Shown here: in pieces, positions 19,569-30,058 of the stretch
Position numbering within the stretch: position 1 is the first letter of the stretch
How the letters are laid out: every line of letters starts with the position of its first letter
NCBI GenBank assembly: GCA_963797095.1
Contig: CAWCNY010000001.1
Span: 160,001 to 224,000, forward strand
Direction: 5' to 3'
Source: an uncultured Chloroflexia bacterium
GTDB taxonomy: Bacteria > Chloroflexota > Chloroflexia > QHBQ01 > JADMIH01
Length of the DNA: 64,000 bases
Notes under the pieces: model-generated
What the model saw: the letters and a program-made list of their open reading frames with translations, nothing else
Told to the model about the DNA's origin: nothing
Database searches by the model: none
Position numbers and translations under genes: made by a program

Positions 19569-20181
19569 CCACCCTGAGCGCATAATACTTTTGACCCTGC
19601 AGCATATCCAGATCGTGGTGGTCGCGGTTGTTGTTGCGCTGATTATCGGTATACCTCTGGGCATATTGGTTACCCGGCTAAGATGGCTGGAAGGTCCTGT
19701 TACCGGCATCGCAGGGGTACTGTACACCGTACCGAGCCTGGCGCTATTTGCTCTCCTGATCCCCCTCTCCGGGCTGGGAGCTACCACTGCCATCACCGCT
19801 CTCACCCTCTACTCCCTCCTCGTTGTGATCCGCAACACGGCCGCCGCTATCAACTCCGTTGATCCATCCATGCAGGACGCGGCGCGTGGCGTGGGGATGA
19901 CCGATTCTCAGCGCCTCTTTTTTGTGGAACTACCGTTGGGCATGCCTATTATCCTGGCGGGCGTGCGGGTCGCGACGGTTTCCGCCGTTGGCATAGCCGC
20001 TGTGGCGGCCTTTATCGGTGCGGGAGGTCTCGGCCTCCTCATCTTCGAGGGGATCCGTACCATCGACCCCGACCGTATAATCGCAGGAGCCTTCATGTCG
20101 TCAGTCTTGGCCTTGCTGGCAGATACAGGGCTGAAACGCCTGGAAAGCATACTGCGGCGGGACAGACAGGCCCACGCCTAG
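19552..20181 (+). CDS. Osmoprotectant ABC permease
   Basis: TVPSLAL, DAARGVGM..VELPL, IGAGGLG. Confidence 0.93.
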   Translation: MEYLLNHPERIILLTLQHIQIVVVAVVVALIIGIPLGILVTRLRWLEGPVTGIAGVLYTVPSLALFALLIPLSGLGATTAITALTLYSLLVVIRNTAAAINSVDPSMQDAARGVGMTDSQRLFFVELPLGMPIILAGVRVATVSAVGIAAVAAFIGAGGLGLLIFEGIRTIDPDRIIAGAFMSSVLALLADTGLKRLESILRRDRQAHA

Positions 20182-20195
20182 AGGAGCATCGCCAA

Positions 20196-20864
20196 ATGTT
20201 TAACCGTAACCCCTTCGACTTCATCCCATGGATAATCAACAATTCGGAGCGCTTCTTCAACCTGCTGATACAACATATCCAATTAACTCTGGTGGCTGTC
20301 GTGTTGGGCGTGTTGATCGCGGTGCCGTTGGGCATACTGGCGAGCCGGGTGGAGATACTCGCCGGTCCGATGACGTGGATAGCAGGTGTCAGTCAAACCG
20401 TGCCAAGTCTGGCGATCCTGGGCCTCGCGCTCCCAATCCTGGGCATAGGCTTCGTACCATCCGTTTTTGCGCTTACGATCCGCGCACTCATGCCGATCTT
20501 CCTTAATACATATGTCGGAATACACAACGCCGATAGCAACGTAATTGACGCCGCCAGGGGTATGGGTGCGAACGATGCCCAACGCCTGCTGTTCGCCGAG
20601 ATCCCATTGGCAAGCCCCGTAATCTTCGCGGGCATACGAACAGCCGCCGTTCAGACGGTCGGGCTGGCTACCCTCGCCGCGTTTATCGGGGGCGGCGGGC
20701 TTGGCGACCTGATCCTGCAAGGGCTGGCGCTGGTTGACGTGCCTGTCCTGCTGGCCGGGGCGGTGCCGGTGGCGGTGCTTGCCATCGGGGCGGATGCTGT
20801 GCTGAGGCGACTCTTTATTTTGATGACACCTGCGGGTCTTCGGATCTCCCCAGGCCAAAGCTAG
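20196..20864 (+). CDS. Osmoprotectant ABC permease
   Basis: QTVPSLAIL, DAARGMGA..EIPLA, FIGGGGLG. Confidence 0.93.
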   Translation: MFNRNPFDFIPWIINNSERFFNLLIQHIQLTLVAVVLGVLIAVPLGILASRVEILAGPMTWIAGVSQTVPSLAILGLALPILGIGFVPSVFALTIRALMPIFLNTYVGIHNADSNVIDAARGMGANDAQRLLFAEIPLASPVIFAGIRTAAVQTVGLATLAAFIGGGGLGDLILQGLALVDVPVLLAGAVPVAVLAIGADAVLRRLFILMTPAGLRISPGQS

Positions 20865-21025
20865 GCAGGCGTAAAGCGAAAAGGAGGCAAAACCGGCAAC
20901 TGGAAGTGAAGGTCTGTTTGAAGCGAAGATTAGATCATACCTTCACCTGCGCTGCATCGACCCGCCCGTAAGGGGAACACGGATGTACTCAGGCACGGAG
21001 TGAAGGAAGCCAAAAGGAGAAAACT

Positions 21026-21946
21026 ATGTTCGCTCGCGTAACCAATAGAATGCGATTCCTGATGTCCTTTATGGTAAGCGCCATGATGCTAACCATGATA
21101 ACTGCGTGTGATGGAGATGCGCAAAGTGGTGGCAAGCCAACTATAAGAGTCGGCTCGAAGCAATTCACCGAGCAGTTGATAATAGGCAATATGTACGCTC
21201 TGCTGCTGGAAGATGCCGGATACACCGTGGATCGCAAACTCAATCTAGGAGGGACTGCGGTGGTGCACCAGGCGCTGGTCAGCGGTGAACTAGATATGTA
21301 TGCAGAGTACACTGGCAGCGCCCTGGCAGCCATCCTCAAGCTCCCCGTCGAGACCGACCAGCAGCTGGTTTACGATACGGTGAAGAAAGAGTACGATAGC
21401 CAGTTCAAGCTCACCTGGCTGGACCCTATCGGTTTCAACAATACGTATGCTATGGCCATGAGACAGGACAGGGCCGCTGAGTTGGGAGTCACGAAGCTCT
21501 CGGATCTAAAAGGTAAAGCTGAATCGCTCACGGTCGGCGGCACCCAGGAGTTCTTGAGCAGGAGCGACGGCTTGCAGGGCCTGGAAAGCGCCTACGGCAT
21601 AAAGTTCAAAGAGAGCAGGGGAATGGATGCCGGACTGGTATTCCAGGCTGTAGCAAGTGGACAAGTTGATATTGCATCAGGTACTTCCACCGACGGGCGC
21701 GTAGGCGAGCTCGATCTGGTACTGCTTGAGGATGACCTGCCCTTCTTCCCTCCGTACTACATCGCGCCGGTAGTGAGACAAGACACATTGGCCAAAGACC
21801 CGGAACTGATGGCCGTCTTGAACAAGCTGGCAGGCAAGATCGACGAAACGACGATGGCCGGGCTCAATTTGCAGGTCGATGATGAAAAAAAGGAGCCTGA
21901 GGACGTCGCCAGGGCTTTTCTAAAGGACAACGGCTATATCAAATAG
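21026..21946 (+). CDS. Glycine betaine/choline ABC substrate-binding lipoprotein
   Basis: ITAC lipobox, VGSKQFTEQ, YAEYTG, GFNNTYA, FFPPY. Confidence 0.93.
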   Translation: MFARVTNRMRFLMSFMVSAMMLTMITACDGDAQSGGKPTIRVGSKQFTEQLIIGNMYALLLEDAGYTVDRKLNLGGTAVVHQALVSGELDMYAEYTGSALAAILKLPVETDQQLVYDTVKKEYDSQFKLTWLDPIGFNNTYAMAMRQDRAAELGVTKLSDLKGKAESLTVGGTQEFLSRSDGLQGLESAYGIKFKESRGMDAGLVFQAVASGQVDIASGTSTDGRVGELDLVLLEDDLPFFPPYYIAPVVRQDTLAKDPELMAVLNKLAGKIDETTMAGLNLQVDDEKKEPEDVARAFLKDNGYIK

Positions 21947-22112
21947 GGTCTTCTAGGTCTTCGGCCATCGTTCTGCCATAGCGCCAGAGCCGGAAGTGGC
22001 AGAAATCAGGACAGGGATTGGCCTTCAGGCAATTCATCGGTTATCCTTGCTTACGACGGAACCATGTTCATAAGGAACGCTGATGAATTGTCCCCTTTGC
22101 TCATCCTGGAGA

Positions 22113-23480
22113 ATCGGGTAGCCGCGGGCCATTGCTGACCCGCAGCCCCCTCAGCACTGGACGTAACTGTCACCAGTGATCCAGCTCAAGCCTTGAGTAC
22201 CCTTGAGCCATATCGTTGATGGTGCTACTGATGGCACCAGCTGATGGGATGACACCAGTAGTGCACAACCCGTTTGTTGCTGAGGTCTTCACTGCCCCCT
22301 TGCGCCTGCGGGACGTCGTGGTGAATGTGCGCTTCTTCTGTTGAGGCAAACATGATCTCATACATTGCACACTTGCCTTGCTGTGTTTTCAGCAGCGCCA
22401 GTTTCTGTTTTGAGGTGGTCTGCTCGCTTATCAGCCGCTCTGTTCGCCCTTGCCAGTAGGCTCGTGGCTTGGGGTCAAACGGGCTGTTGCGCCCGCTGAC
22501 TTTGACGAAGCGGCTGATTGGCGTCGCAGTGATCCTGACCAGTTCGGCGTCCTTGCTATAGAAGGTCCAGTAGCCGTCTGCCCGGAAGTAGCGCTGCTTT
22601 ATCCACCACAGCCCTTTGGTTGGGTGGCGTCGCCGCGCCCAACTCCACAGCATTTGCCACTGTCGATGACCTACATAGCTGTACGTTCCCTTGGCCGCGC
22701 AATGCCGATAGTAGTTGGCCCAGCCCCGGATAACCGGGTTCAGATGCCAGATTACCTCCTCGGCAGGATACTGCTTATGAGCATTCAAGTAGGTTTTGAT
22801 ACTGTGCAGATGCCGCAGCACCTTCTTCTTCTGTGGCTTGGTCAGCAGTTTGCGCTCGAATCGCCTGACCTGGAAGCCGAGGAAGTTGAACCCTTCGCAC
22901 ACATGAACGATACGGGTCTTGGCTTCGCTCAGGGTCAATCCACGCTCTTTGAGAAACTCGTTTAGCCGCGGTATGACGTAGTCTCCCAGTACCTCCCGCG
23001 TCGGTGCCGTTGCCACAAAATGGTCAGCATAGCGACAGAGGCTGGTGCCACGATTGCGCTTTGCGTTGCGATGGTGTAATGGGTCGCCCATCCGGTGTTT
23101 CAGCACCAAACAGTCGTTCCATACATTGTGTGGAGTGAAGGCGCGCAGATTAGGTCGTTGCAGTTGCTTCATTTCCGTCAAGGCCAGTCTGACGTCAGCA
23201 CCCTTTCGGGTTGGGTATTTCCAGAGTATGTTATGTTGGCCCTATCTCATCGATTACAGACGAGTGCTCGCTTCTTCCGATCTCCGTCCTTCGCCCCTCG
23301 CCCCTCGCCCCTCGTCACGCAACCGCTTTATATCATTGGCAATCTGCTTTGGGTTGTTAGCTACGGAAGTGTCAGGACTGCTTTCTCCCACAGGAATACT
23401 CGATGGATACCAGGAGCGCCAGGGGCTGGGCGCAGTTCTGCCACTTCCCACATGTGCAACCCTGCTCGCATGAGGCACAC
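22113..23480 (-). mobile_element. Degenerate group II intron (5' boundary uncertain, about 23480-23600)
   Basis: Domain V-like GAGCTGGAT...ACGTCCAGTGCTGAGGGGG and domain VI ending TACCCGAT at 22113; RT/maturase/HNH ORF upstream. Confidence 0.85.
22225..23181 (-). pseudogene. ltrA: Group II intron RT/maturase-HNH with RT N-terminal half deleted
   Basis: RYADHF (YADD altered), GLTLSEAKTRIVH..GFNFLGF, LNPVIRGWANYY, C-term HIHH..GGS..N...H..CH; no PQG region. Confidence 0.88.
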
Positions 23481-23656
23481 TCGGAACTGTTACCAAACTG
23501 TAACCGGCTAATACTCTCCTCGTAACCCCTGGTTGCTACGATAATAATGAAAAAGTGTGCCCTCCGACTTGAGCAAGCTGCTCAATGAGGAATGAGCCGG
23601 GGTTCGTACTTGGTCAGGTGAAGCTTGACCCGCTATGTATGGGAGCAGTTGTGAAA

Positions 23657-23694
23657 CGGAACTTGAGCAGGGGCTGGGCCCTGCTCAAGTTCCG
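23657..23694. repeat. Perfect 16-bp inverted repeat
   Basis: CGGAACTTGAGCAGGG / CCCTGCTCAAGTTCCG. Confidence 0.8.
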
Positions 23695-23738
23695 CCTCCT
23701 TGGCCCAGGACGCGCAAAAGCGTAGGGAGCTAGATCTT

Positions 23739-24257
23739 ATGGACATCAAGCACAGCTCTGGCACGCACCGGCATATCCTTGTCACATCAGGCCCCAGGGC
23801 AAAGCGCAATATCTTGCCAACGGCCTCAGCGCTCACGAGGACCGCGGCCATTCTCATTATTCTGCTATTCGTCGCGGTGGCGCTTGTCGCGGGTAACAAC
23901 AACCGGGCGAGCCGCCTCAACCGCCTTCCCCAGACGGTTACTCTCAGCGAAGCCCAGGCCGGCAACAGCATAACCATGGAGATCGGCGACACCCTTCAAG
24001 TCGTCCTTGAGGGTAATCCCAGCACGGGCTACAGCTGGAGCGTGGAGGGGTTGGACGCTGCGATTCTCAAGTCAACCGGCGAACCGGAATTCCACCAGGC
24101 CACCGATGCGCTCGGTGCGAGCGGCACCGTGACGAGCCGTTTCGAGGCGGTTGGCAAGGGGCAGACCGTCCTAAAGATGATCTACTCCCGCCCTTTTGAA
24201 AAGGGCACGTCGCCGCTACGGACATTTGATGTTACTGTGGTTATCACGGGGCGGTAG
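23739..24257 (+). CDS. Chagasin (I42) family protease inhibitor, membrane-anchored
   Basis: LEGNPSTGYSW, LGASG, YSRPFE loops after a TM segment. Confidence 0.88.
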   Translation: MDIKHSSGTHRHILVTSGPRAKRNILPTASALTRTAAILIILLFVAVALVAGNNNRASRLNRLPQTVTLSEAQAGNSITMEIGDTLQVVLEGNPSTGYSWSVEGLDAAILKSTGEPEFHQATDALGASGTVTSRFEAVGKGQTVLKMIYSRPFEKGTSPLRTFDVTVVITGR

Positions 24258-24285
24258 GCTGGATAGGATGGGCGAAGTGTGGGGT

Positions 24286-24753
24286 ATGGACTTCATGCTT
24301 ATTACTGCACAAACCATCGACCTGGCAGTTGTGATCATCGCTAACCTGGCCAATCTGCTGCTGGCAGGTATGTTCGTGGCCAGGGCTATAGGGCAGGCGC
24401 GTGTCGCCCGTGGTCTCGGCACAGGGGTTGTAGTGCCGGCCGTGCCTCTGATCGTGGCCGTAGCGTTGAACGCGGTGAACGGGCGGGAATGGTGGACGGT
24501 TGTCTTACCTGGGTTGCTGGTAGCGTACTGTGCCTTCGAGTTCGTTCTGGATTACGTGCTGAGGAGCGATTTCCGCCATACGCGCCTGTTGGGGCCCTAT
24601 CTGTTGCTATACTACGCGGGCCTGATGGGCATGATAGGGTACGCTTTCCTGGTCGATAAGCTTGCGGGATTTGTCACGCTGGCCACATATTTCGTAAGCC
24701 TGGGTGCAACGTTCTATTCTTTTGCGCGGGCGGGGCACGGACGGTCCGTTTAG
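24286..24753 (+). CDS. Uncharacterised multi-TM membrane protein
   Basis: Hydrophobic; shares DLAVV.IANL.NLLLAGMF.ARA, EF.LDY.L..DFR, LMGMIGYAFLV with 5593-6053. Confidence 0.85.
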   Translation: MDFMLITAQTIDLAVVIIANLANLLLAGMFVARAIGQARVARGLGTGVVVPAVPLIVAVALNAVNGREWWTVVLPGLLVAYCAFEFVLDYVLRSDFRHTRLLGPYLLLYYAGLMGMIGYAFLVDKLAGFVTLATYFVSLGATFYSFARAGHGRSV

Positions 24754-25021
24754 AGGTATAGAAGGCAAAGGCTGGTGAGCTCCGATACCATCGCGCGGAG
24801 TAAGGCTTATGTACGACACATACCAAATATATCGGGGAATAGTTGACCGAGCCGCGTGCGAGGCTCTCGATCAGACCTGGGACGTCGTTAGCTCCCCGCA
24901 GTTCACCCTGAGCCCAGGAAGTGCGCTTATGGCCATTTCGCTCTGTCCTGCCATGTCATACGCCCGACTGGCGGACGTGGCTCGCTCGAACGCACTTCTA
25001 TGGACGGAAGCGGGGCTGCAA

Positions 25022-26341
25022 ATGCAGGAACGTACCACGCGTGGCGTTGCTGCGGGGAGAGCGATCTCGCGCCCTCTCGTCCTGGCCGCCGTCGCTTACG
25101 ATATCTTCCTGGGGTACATCACTCTACATGAGCGTTCCAGGTGGTTTCCGAGCCTGGTGCAGGCAAGGGACTGGCGGTGGCAGCACGAGCGTGGCGCGAG
25201 CCGGGTCCTGGAGACGGCCGCGACGCTCGGCGGGGCGCTGATCAAAGCCTGCCAGTTTGCCTCGACCAGACCCGACCTGCTTCCCGCCGCCTATATTCAC
25301 GCCTTGATCCCGCTTCAAGACCGCATGCCACCCCACCCGTGGCCGGAGATCGAGCGAGCTATCCAAAGCGAGCTGCGCCAACCGCTGGCGGACGTCTTTG
25401 CAGAGATCGAACGCGAGCCGGTCGCCGCCGCATCGATAGCCCAGGTGCATCGCGCCCGATTGGGCGATGGGCGCCGCGTCGCGGTCAAGGTACAGTACCC
25501 TGAGATCCAGGACCTGGTGGCAACGGACCTGGCCGCGTTGGACCGCCTGGTCAAGGCGGTAGCCCGCCTGGCCCCGACGATCCAACTGCAACCTATCGTC
25601 GAGTATCTACGAGCGACTCTCCCCCTTGAACTCGATTTCGTTCACGAAGCCCAGGCTATGGCCCAACTGCGCACTGCGCTGCAAGCCCGGCCGGACGTTG
25701 TAGTACCTGCGGTCGTGCCTGAATTGAGCACGTCGCGTCTGATCGTGATGGAGTACATGGAGGGGATCAAGATCACTGACCGTGAGGCGATGGAGCGCGC
25801 GGGTATCTCCACTTCAGCGGTGGCGAAGTTGCTCAACGATGTCTATGCAGAGCAGATGCTGCGCCTCGGGATCTTGCACGCGGACCCGCACCCCGGCAAC
25901 TTGCTGGTGCAGGCAGGGGAGTATGGCCCGCGCCTGGTGCTGCTCGACCACGGCCTCACCGTGCCCCTCGCCCCGGCGCTAGTCGAATCGTTGCGGCAGA
26001 TGGTGCAAGCGCTCCTGCAGGGCGATTTTGGTGGTCTCGGGCAAGCGCTGGTGGGAGCGGGAGTGCAGCTCGACGACGCGGTAAACGTTGCAGGTCTGGT
26101 GGGGTTGGTGGGCGTGCTATTGGGTAATGCCCAGGCTGAAGAAGGGGAAGAAGCCGAGGCGGCGGAAGAGCGCGCCCGTCCTGGCGGGGGGATGGTTGCC
26201 GGGGTGCGATTGGGCAAGAGCATTGGCAGCATCCCTGTGGACTTGCTGCTGGTTGGGCGCGTCCTCGGCTTATTGGACGGTATCAGTAAGCAGCTTGACC
26301 CAGGCATCGACACGCTGGAAATCGTCTCGCACTACTCATAG
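25022..26341 (+). CDS. AarF/ABC1/UbiB atypical kinase
   Basis: LIKACQFASTRPD, LQDR, PVAAASIAQVHRA, VAVKVQYP, ELDF, HADPHPGN, LLDHG; start uncertain. Confidence 0.92.
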   Translation: MQERTTRGVAAGRAISRPLVLAAVAYDIFLGYITLHERSRWFPSLVQARDWRWQHERGASRVLETAATLGGALIKACQFASTRPDLLPAAYIHALIPLQDRMPPHPWPEIERAIQSELRQPLADVFAEIEREPVAAASIAQVHRARLGDGRRVAVKVQYPEIQDLVATDLAALDRLVKAVARLAPTIQLQPIVEYLRATLPLELDFVHEAQAMAQLRTALQARPDVVVPAVVPELSTSRLIVMEYMEGIKITDREAMERAGISTSAVAKLLNDVYAEQMLRLGILHADPHPGNLLVQAGEYGPRLVLLDHGLTVPLAPALVESLRQMVQALLQGDFGGLGQALVGAGVQLDDAVNVAGLVGLVGVLLGNAQAEEGEEAEAAEERARPGGGMVAGVRLGKSIGSIPVDLLLVGRVLGLLDGISKQLDPGIDTLEIVSHYS

Positions 26342-27052
26342 CGGACGCACGGTAGTTGTATGTGGCGTATGTCTTTTGTGCAGATGTAAGACCAGCGGCA
26401 ACTGCGACCATCAGACTATTCAGAGCTTGCTCACGACCGATGGGGCGGGGCAACACGCCACTCTTCGCCGGTGCTTAGGAAGTAGTTGGTCACAAGCCTA
26501 CAAGAGTGACCACGGACGGCCACGACTCCTACCCACGAGCCAAAAGAAGGGTGCTGGGCCGCAAAGTTGAGCACAGAACCAATCGCTTGAGCCTGCCGGT
26601 GGTCGGCTCAAGTCTGCTTAGCCCCCGCAAATGAGATTACAGCAAATCACTAATCCACGCCCATGAATGGGCTGTGGTGAGGTTAATCGGACGACTGCCT
26701 CTTTCGCTTGTAGGTCAACGGCAAGATCCACCACAGCCCGCCAATGAGCATGGCTACCATGATAGACGCTATGATGGCCGCAAGCCTCCCGGCGACATAG
26801 GGAACGGCCAGGTGAGTGGCCAGGATCGGAGCCATGGAGAACGGAGGAGGTGGGTCTGCCACCGATATCGACCTCACCGAGCGGGAAGAGTTAAGCGGGT
26901 ATTCACCTGGGCGCTCGGACGCCGGACTTGAGGTCGTTGAGGGGAGCGCTTCCTGGGCAGATCCCTCAACGAGGAGAGGCACCCGATTCAGGTGGCGTCC
27001 TCTGCGGCAATTCTGTAGCTGGGTCACTCATATGAAGCCCGAGGAGGTGGCG

Positions 27053-27157
27053 ATGGACGAGCGGAGCATGGTCCGAGCACAGATAGCGGAGATCAAAGCC
27101 CGTCTCGAGCAATTGGACCGAGTGTTGGAGGAGGTCGAGACGGCTCATAGCGGGTGA
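27053..27157 (+). CDS. Small coiled-coil protein (34 aa)
   Basis: GAGGAGG RBS at 27041; heptad pattern IAEIKARLEQLDRVLEEV. Confidence 0.4.
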   Translation: MDERSMVRAQIAEIKARLEQLDRVLEEVETAHSG

Positions 27158-27355
27158 GCCGACGAGTGAGCCGACGCTGCGAGTCCCGTCCTTGCAAGAG
27201 CCGATTTTCACCGAATATACACCCGACGTTTACCGCGATCTTCATGGGCGTGCTGTATGATGATAATTGCCGAGGTGGTGATAAGCCACCAGAGCCACAG
27301 AGGCTCCGAAGAACTGGAAAGCAAATCGGAACGGAAGCCCCGAGTAATCGCAAGG

Positions 27356-27824
27356 TTAGTCGGAGTGGAAGCTTCGAAAGAGCTGGAAAGGGAAGCGGAG
27401 CCTTCTGTCTTCCATCGACCAGCCGCCAATGAACGCCAGCACCCCGGCAACCAGCTCTCCCCTGTACAGCCGAAGAGGGCGACCGTCCCACCCTGCATAG
27501 CGGGGCCGTGCCTCTGGAAGGCGGAAGCCACATCCAGCAGCAAGAGCCCCAGTATGAGGGCCCCGATCCCCGTCAATCAGAGCAAACCACTACGCGCCCT
27601 GCTCCTGGCAATGAACGGTGCGGCAAGCATGAGGATGCCGACAAAAAGATTAGCTGTTACGTTGGCCCAGAAAGAGGGGAAAGCGGACTCCGGTGTGGCC
27701 AGAGGGTCTGTTGCCACCTGCGGTATCACCCCATGGCCACGATGATCCCTACCAATAAGGTAATCCCGGCCCCAATCAACGGGAGTTTGAGTCTGGTTTC
27801 CACTCTTAGTCCTTCATCATCCAT
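27356..27824 (-). pseudogene. Decayed membrane protein
   Basis: Hydrophobic segments continue across a frameshift (about 27730), a TGA (about 27577) and a second frameshift (about 27460). Confidence 0.55.
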
Positions 27825-27860
27825 ATAAGGTATGGAGAGGGGCCGGGCACCACTCTCACT

Positions 27861-29246
27861 CTACGCCGTGCTGGCAGCCGCAGTTAGCAGGGCCTCGTGA
27901 GGCTCGTGAATATCGTACCGACCGCCTGCAGCGGTAAAGGCGCCAAGTATCTCAGTGAGGCTGGGGCTTCCGACCTCCACCAGCTCATAGCGCACCCGTA
28001 CGGTGGGAAGCTTCAGCTTCAGCACCCGGCTCAGGTCTATCGGCGTACCGATTATCACCAGGTCCGCCGCGGCGCTATTTATGGTTTCCTCGAGCTCCCT
28101 GATCTGCTCCTCGCTGTAGCCCATAGCGGGAAGCACCTCGCGGGTCTGCCGGAACTTCTCGTACGTCTCCTTGATCGAGCCCACGGCGTAGGGATAAGGC
28201 GAGATGATCTCAGCGGCTCCCCAGCGGCGCGCCGCCACATAACCGGCACCGTAGCTCATCTCGCCGTGGGTGAGCGTAGGGCCGTCCTCCACCACCAGCA
28301 CGCGCTTACCCTGGATCGACTCGCCGTCCTGCACAGTGATAGCGGATATGGCGTGTACGACGGTCGCTTTGGGGTTGAGCATGCCAATATTGCGCTTCAC
28401 CTGCTCGATCAACTCGGCGGAAGCGCTGTCTTCCTTGTTGATGACGATTACGTCCGCCATCCGTATGTTGGCCTCGCCGGGGTGGTACTTCAACTCGTGG
28501 CCGGGGCGCAGGGGGTCGACCACCACGATCTGCAGGTCCGGACGGTAGAAGGGGAAGTCGTTGTTGCCCCCGTCCCAGATAATGATGTCTGCCTCACGCT
28601 CCGCCTCTCGCAGGATTGCCTCATAGTCCACGCCGGCGTAGACGACCGCGCCCAGGTCGATGTAAGGCTCGTACTCCTCGCGCTCCTCGATGGTGGTCTT
28701 GTACAGGTCGAGGTCGTCGTACGAAGCGAAGCGCTGCACCGCCTGCTCGGCCAGATCACCGTAAGGCATCGGGTGGCGCACAGAGACGACGCGCTTTCCC
28801 ATCTCCCGGAGGAGCTTGACCACCTTGCGCGAGGTCTGGCTCTTGCCTGAGCCGGTGCGCGCGGCACACACCGAGATGATCGGCACGCTCGCCTTGAGCA
28901 TTGTGCTGTTGGGGCCGAGCAGCCAGAAGTCAGCCCCCGCGGCCAGCACTTCGGACGCTTTGTGCATCACATATTCATGAGAAACGTCGCTGTAAGCGAA
29001 CACCACCCGCTCGACGGCGTGCTCCTTGATGAGCAGGTCGAGCTCCGACTCGGGGTATATAGGGATGCCCGTGGGTTTGTATAAATCACCGGCCAGGGCG
29101 GGCGGGTATCTCCTCTCCTCGATCCCCGGTATCTGCGTCGCAGTGAAGGCCACCACTTCATACTCTTGATTGTCTCGGAAGAAGACGTTGAAGTTGTGGA
29201 AGTCGCGCCCGGCGGCGCCCATGATAATTACCTTCGTCTTTTTCAT
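27861..29246 (-). CDS. COG2403 P-loop protein (cyclic 2,3-diphosphoglycerate synthetase-like / ArcE arginine synthetase-like)
   Basis: VIIMGAAGRDFHNFN, AARTGSGKSQ, RHPMPYG, TIEEREEYEP, WDGGNND, VEDGPTLTHG, PAMGY. Confidence 0.9.
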   Translation of the reverse strand: MKKTKVIIMGAAGRDFHNFNVFFRDNQEYEVVAFTATQIPGIEERRYPPALAGDLYKPTGIPIYPESELDLLIKEHAVERVVFAYSDVSHEYVMHKASEVLAAGADFWLLGPNSTMLKASVPIISVCAARTGSGKSQTSRKVVKLLREMGKRVVSVRHPMPYGDLAEQAVQRFASYDDLDLYKTTIEEREEYEPYIDLGAVVYAGVDYEAILREAEREADIIIWDGGNNDFPFYRPDLQIVVVDPLRPGHELKYHPGEANIRMADVIVINKEDSASAELIEQVKRNIGMLNPKATVVHAISAITVQDGESIQGKRVLVVEDGPTLTHGEMSYGAGYVAARRWGAAEIISPYPYAVGSIKETYEKFRQTREVLPAMGYSEEQIRELEETINSAAADLVIIGTPIDLSRVLKLKLPTVRVRYELVEVGSPSLTEILGAFTAAGGRYDIHEPHEALLTAAASTA

Positions 29247-29261
29247 TGCTCTCCTCCATTC

Positions 29262-29483
29262 TTAATCGTGGTAGTGTGAGACTGCACTCTTAATGGTCCC
29301 AAAACGTCGTCGGCTCGACCCTGCTGTAGTGCATGTCATAGTGCATGTCATCGCGCTCCTCTTCAACAACTCGCGCAGCTCGTATGGGCCGGTGTTGGAT
29401 ATCTCGTCGCGTAGCTCCGGGTACGCCGAGTTCACTGTGGTCAGCAGAGCCTCGCGCTCCTCGTCAGTGAGAGTGAATTGCAT
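29262..29483 (-). pseudogene. Small helical protein whose C-terminus appears disrupted at a 12-bp tandem duplication
   Basis: AGGAGG RBS; MQFTLTDEEREALL..ELRDEISNT; TAGTGCATGTCA x2 at 29327-29350. Confidence 0.45.
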
Positions 29484-29772
29484 TGGCTTGCCTCCTTTGC
29501 GCCCCTTTATCCCCTGTCCTCCTCGGCTGCGGCCTGCGAACGCAAACCCTGGATGGGACCGGGCGTGACCTAGGGCCTCGAACCGGTGGCCAGCCTCACA
29601 CGGGCATAAGGGCATACATCCTCAGCCCTAACAAGATCAACTATGGCAGGTTGAGGTAGTACGGCGGGTGTAAATCGGTTACAGGTTGGTGTCAGTTAGC
29701 GTCTGCTGGCCGGAACCGAGGCGTCCGCGGGCGTCAAATTAGGGTAATCTGGTGCGCGGATCTGATCGAAGC

Positions 29773-29955
29773 CTGGACAAGCTACCCGCGCAGCTCATCA
29801 TCTATGGCATTGAGGCGGAGCATTTCGAGCCGGGTGATGGGCTTTCCTTGCCCGTGTTGGCTGCCGCTGAACAGGTAGTGCGGGAAATTCGTGCGTATGT
29901 CAGGTCACTGCGCAAGTTCGCGCCTCAAGCCCAAGCCGCTTGGAGAGGGAACTAA
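29773..29955 (+). pseudogene. Hydrogenase maturation protease C-terminal fragment
   Basis: LPAQLIIYGIEAEHFEPGDGLSLPVLAAAEQV resembles HybD/HycI C-terminus; N-terminus absent. Confidence 0.65.
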
Positions 29956-30058
29956 CGAATTTGAACGCCAATTGTAAGACGCTGTAAAACCTCACCTGTA
30001 GCGCCTCTGGCCGAGGATGCTCCTTGCGCTGAGTACAGTGAAGCGATGGGATCAGAAT

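Noticed and set aside
22225-23181. Retron, DGR or defence-associated RT
   Set aside because: Domain X, HNH and flanking domain V/VI RNA identify a group II intron; no TR/VR pair or msr-msd seen
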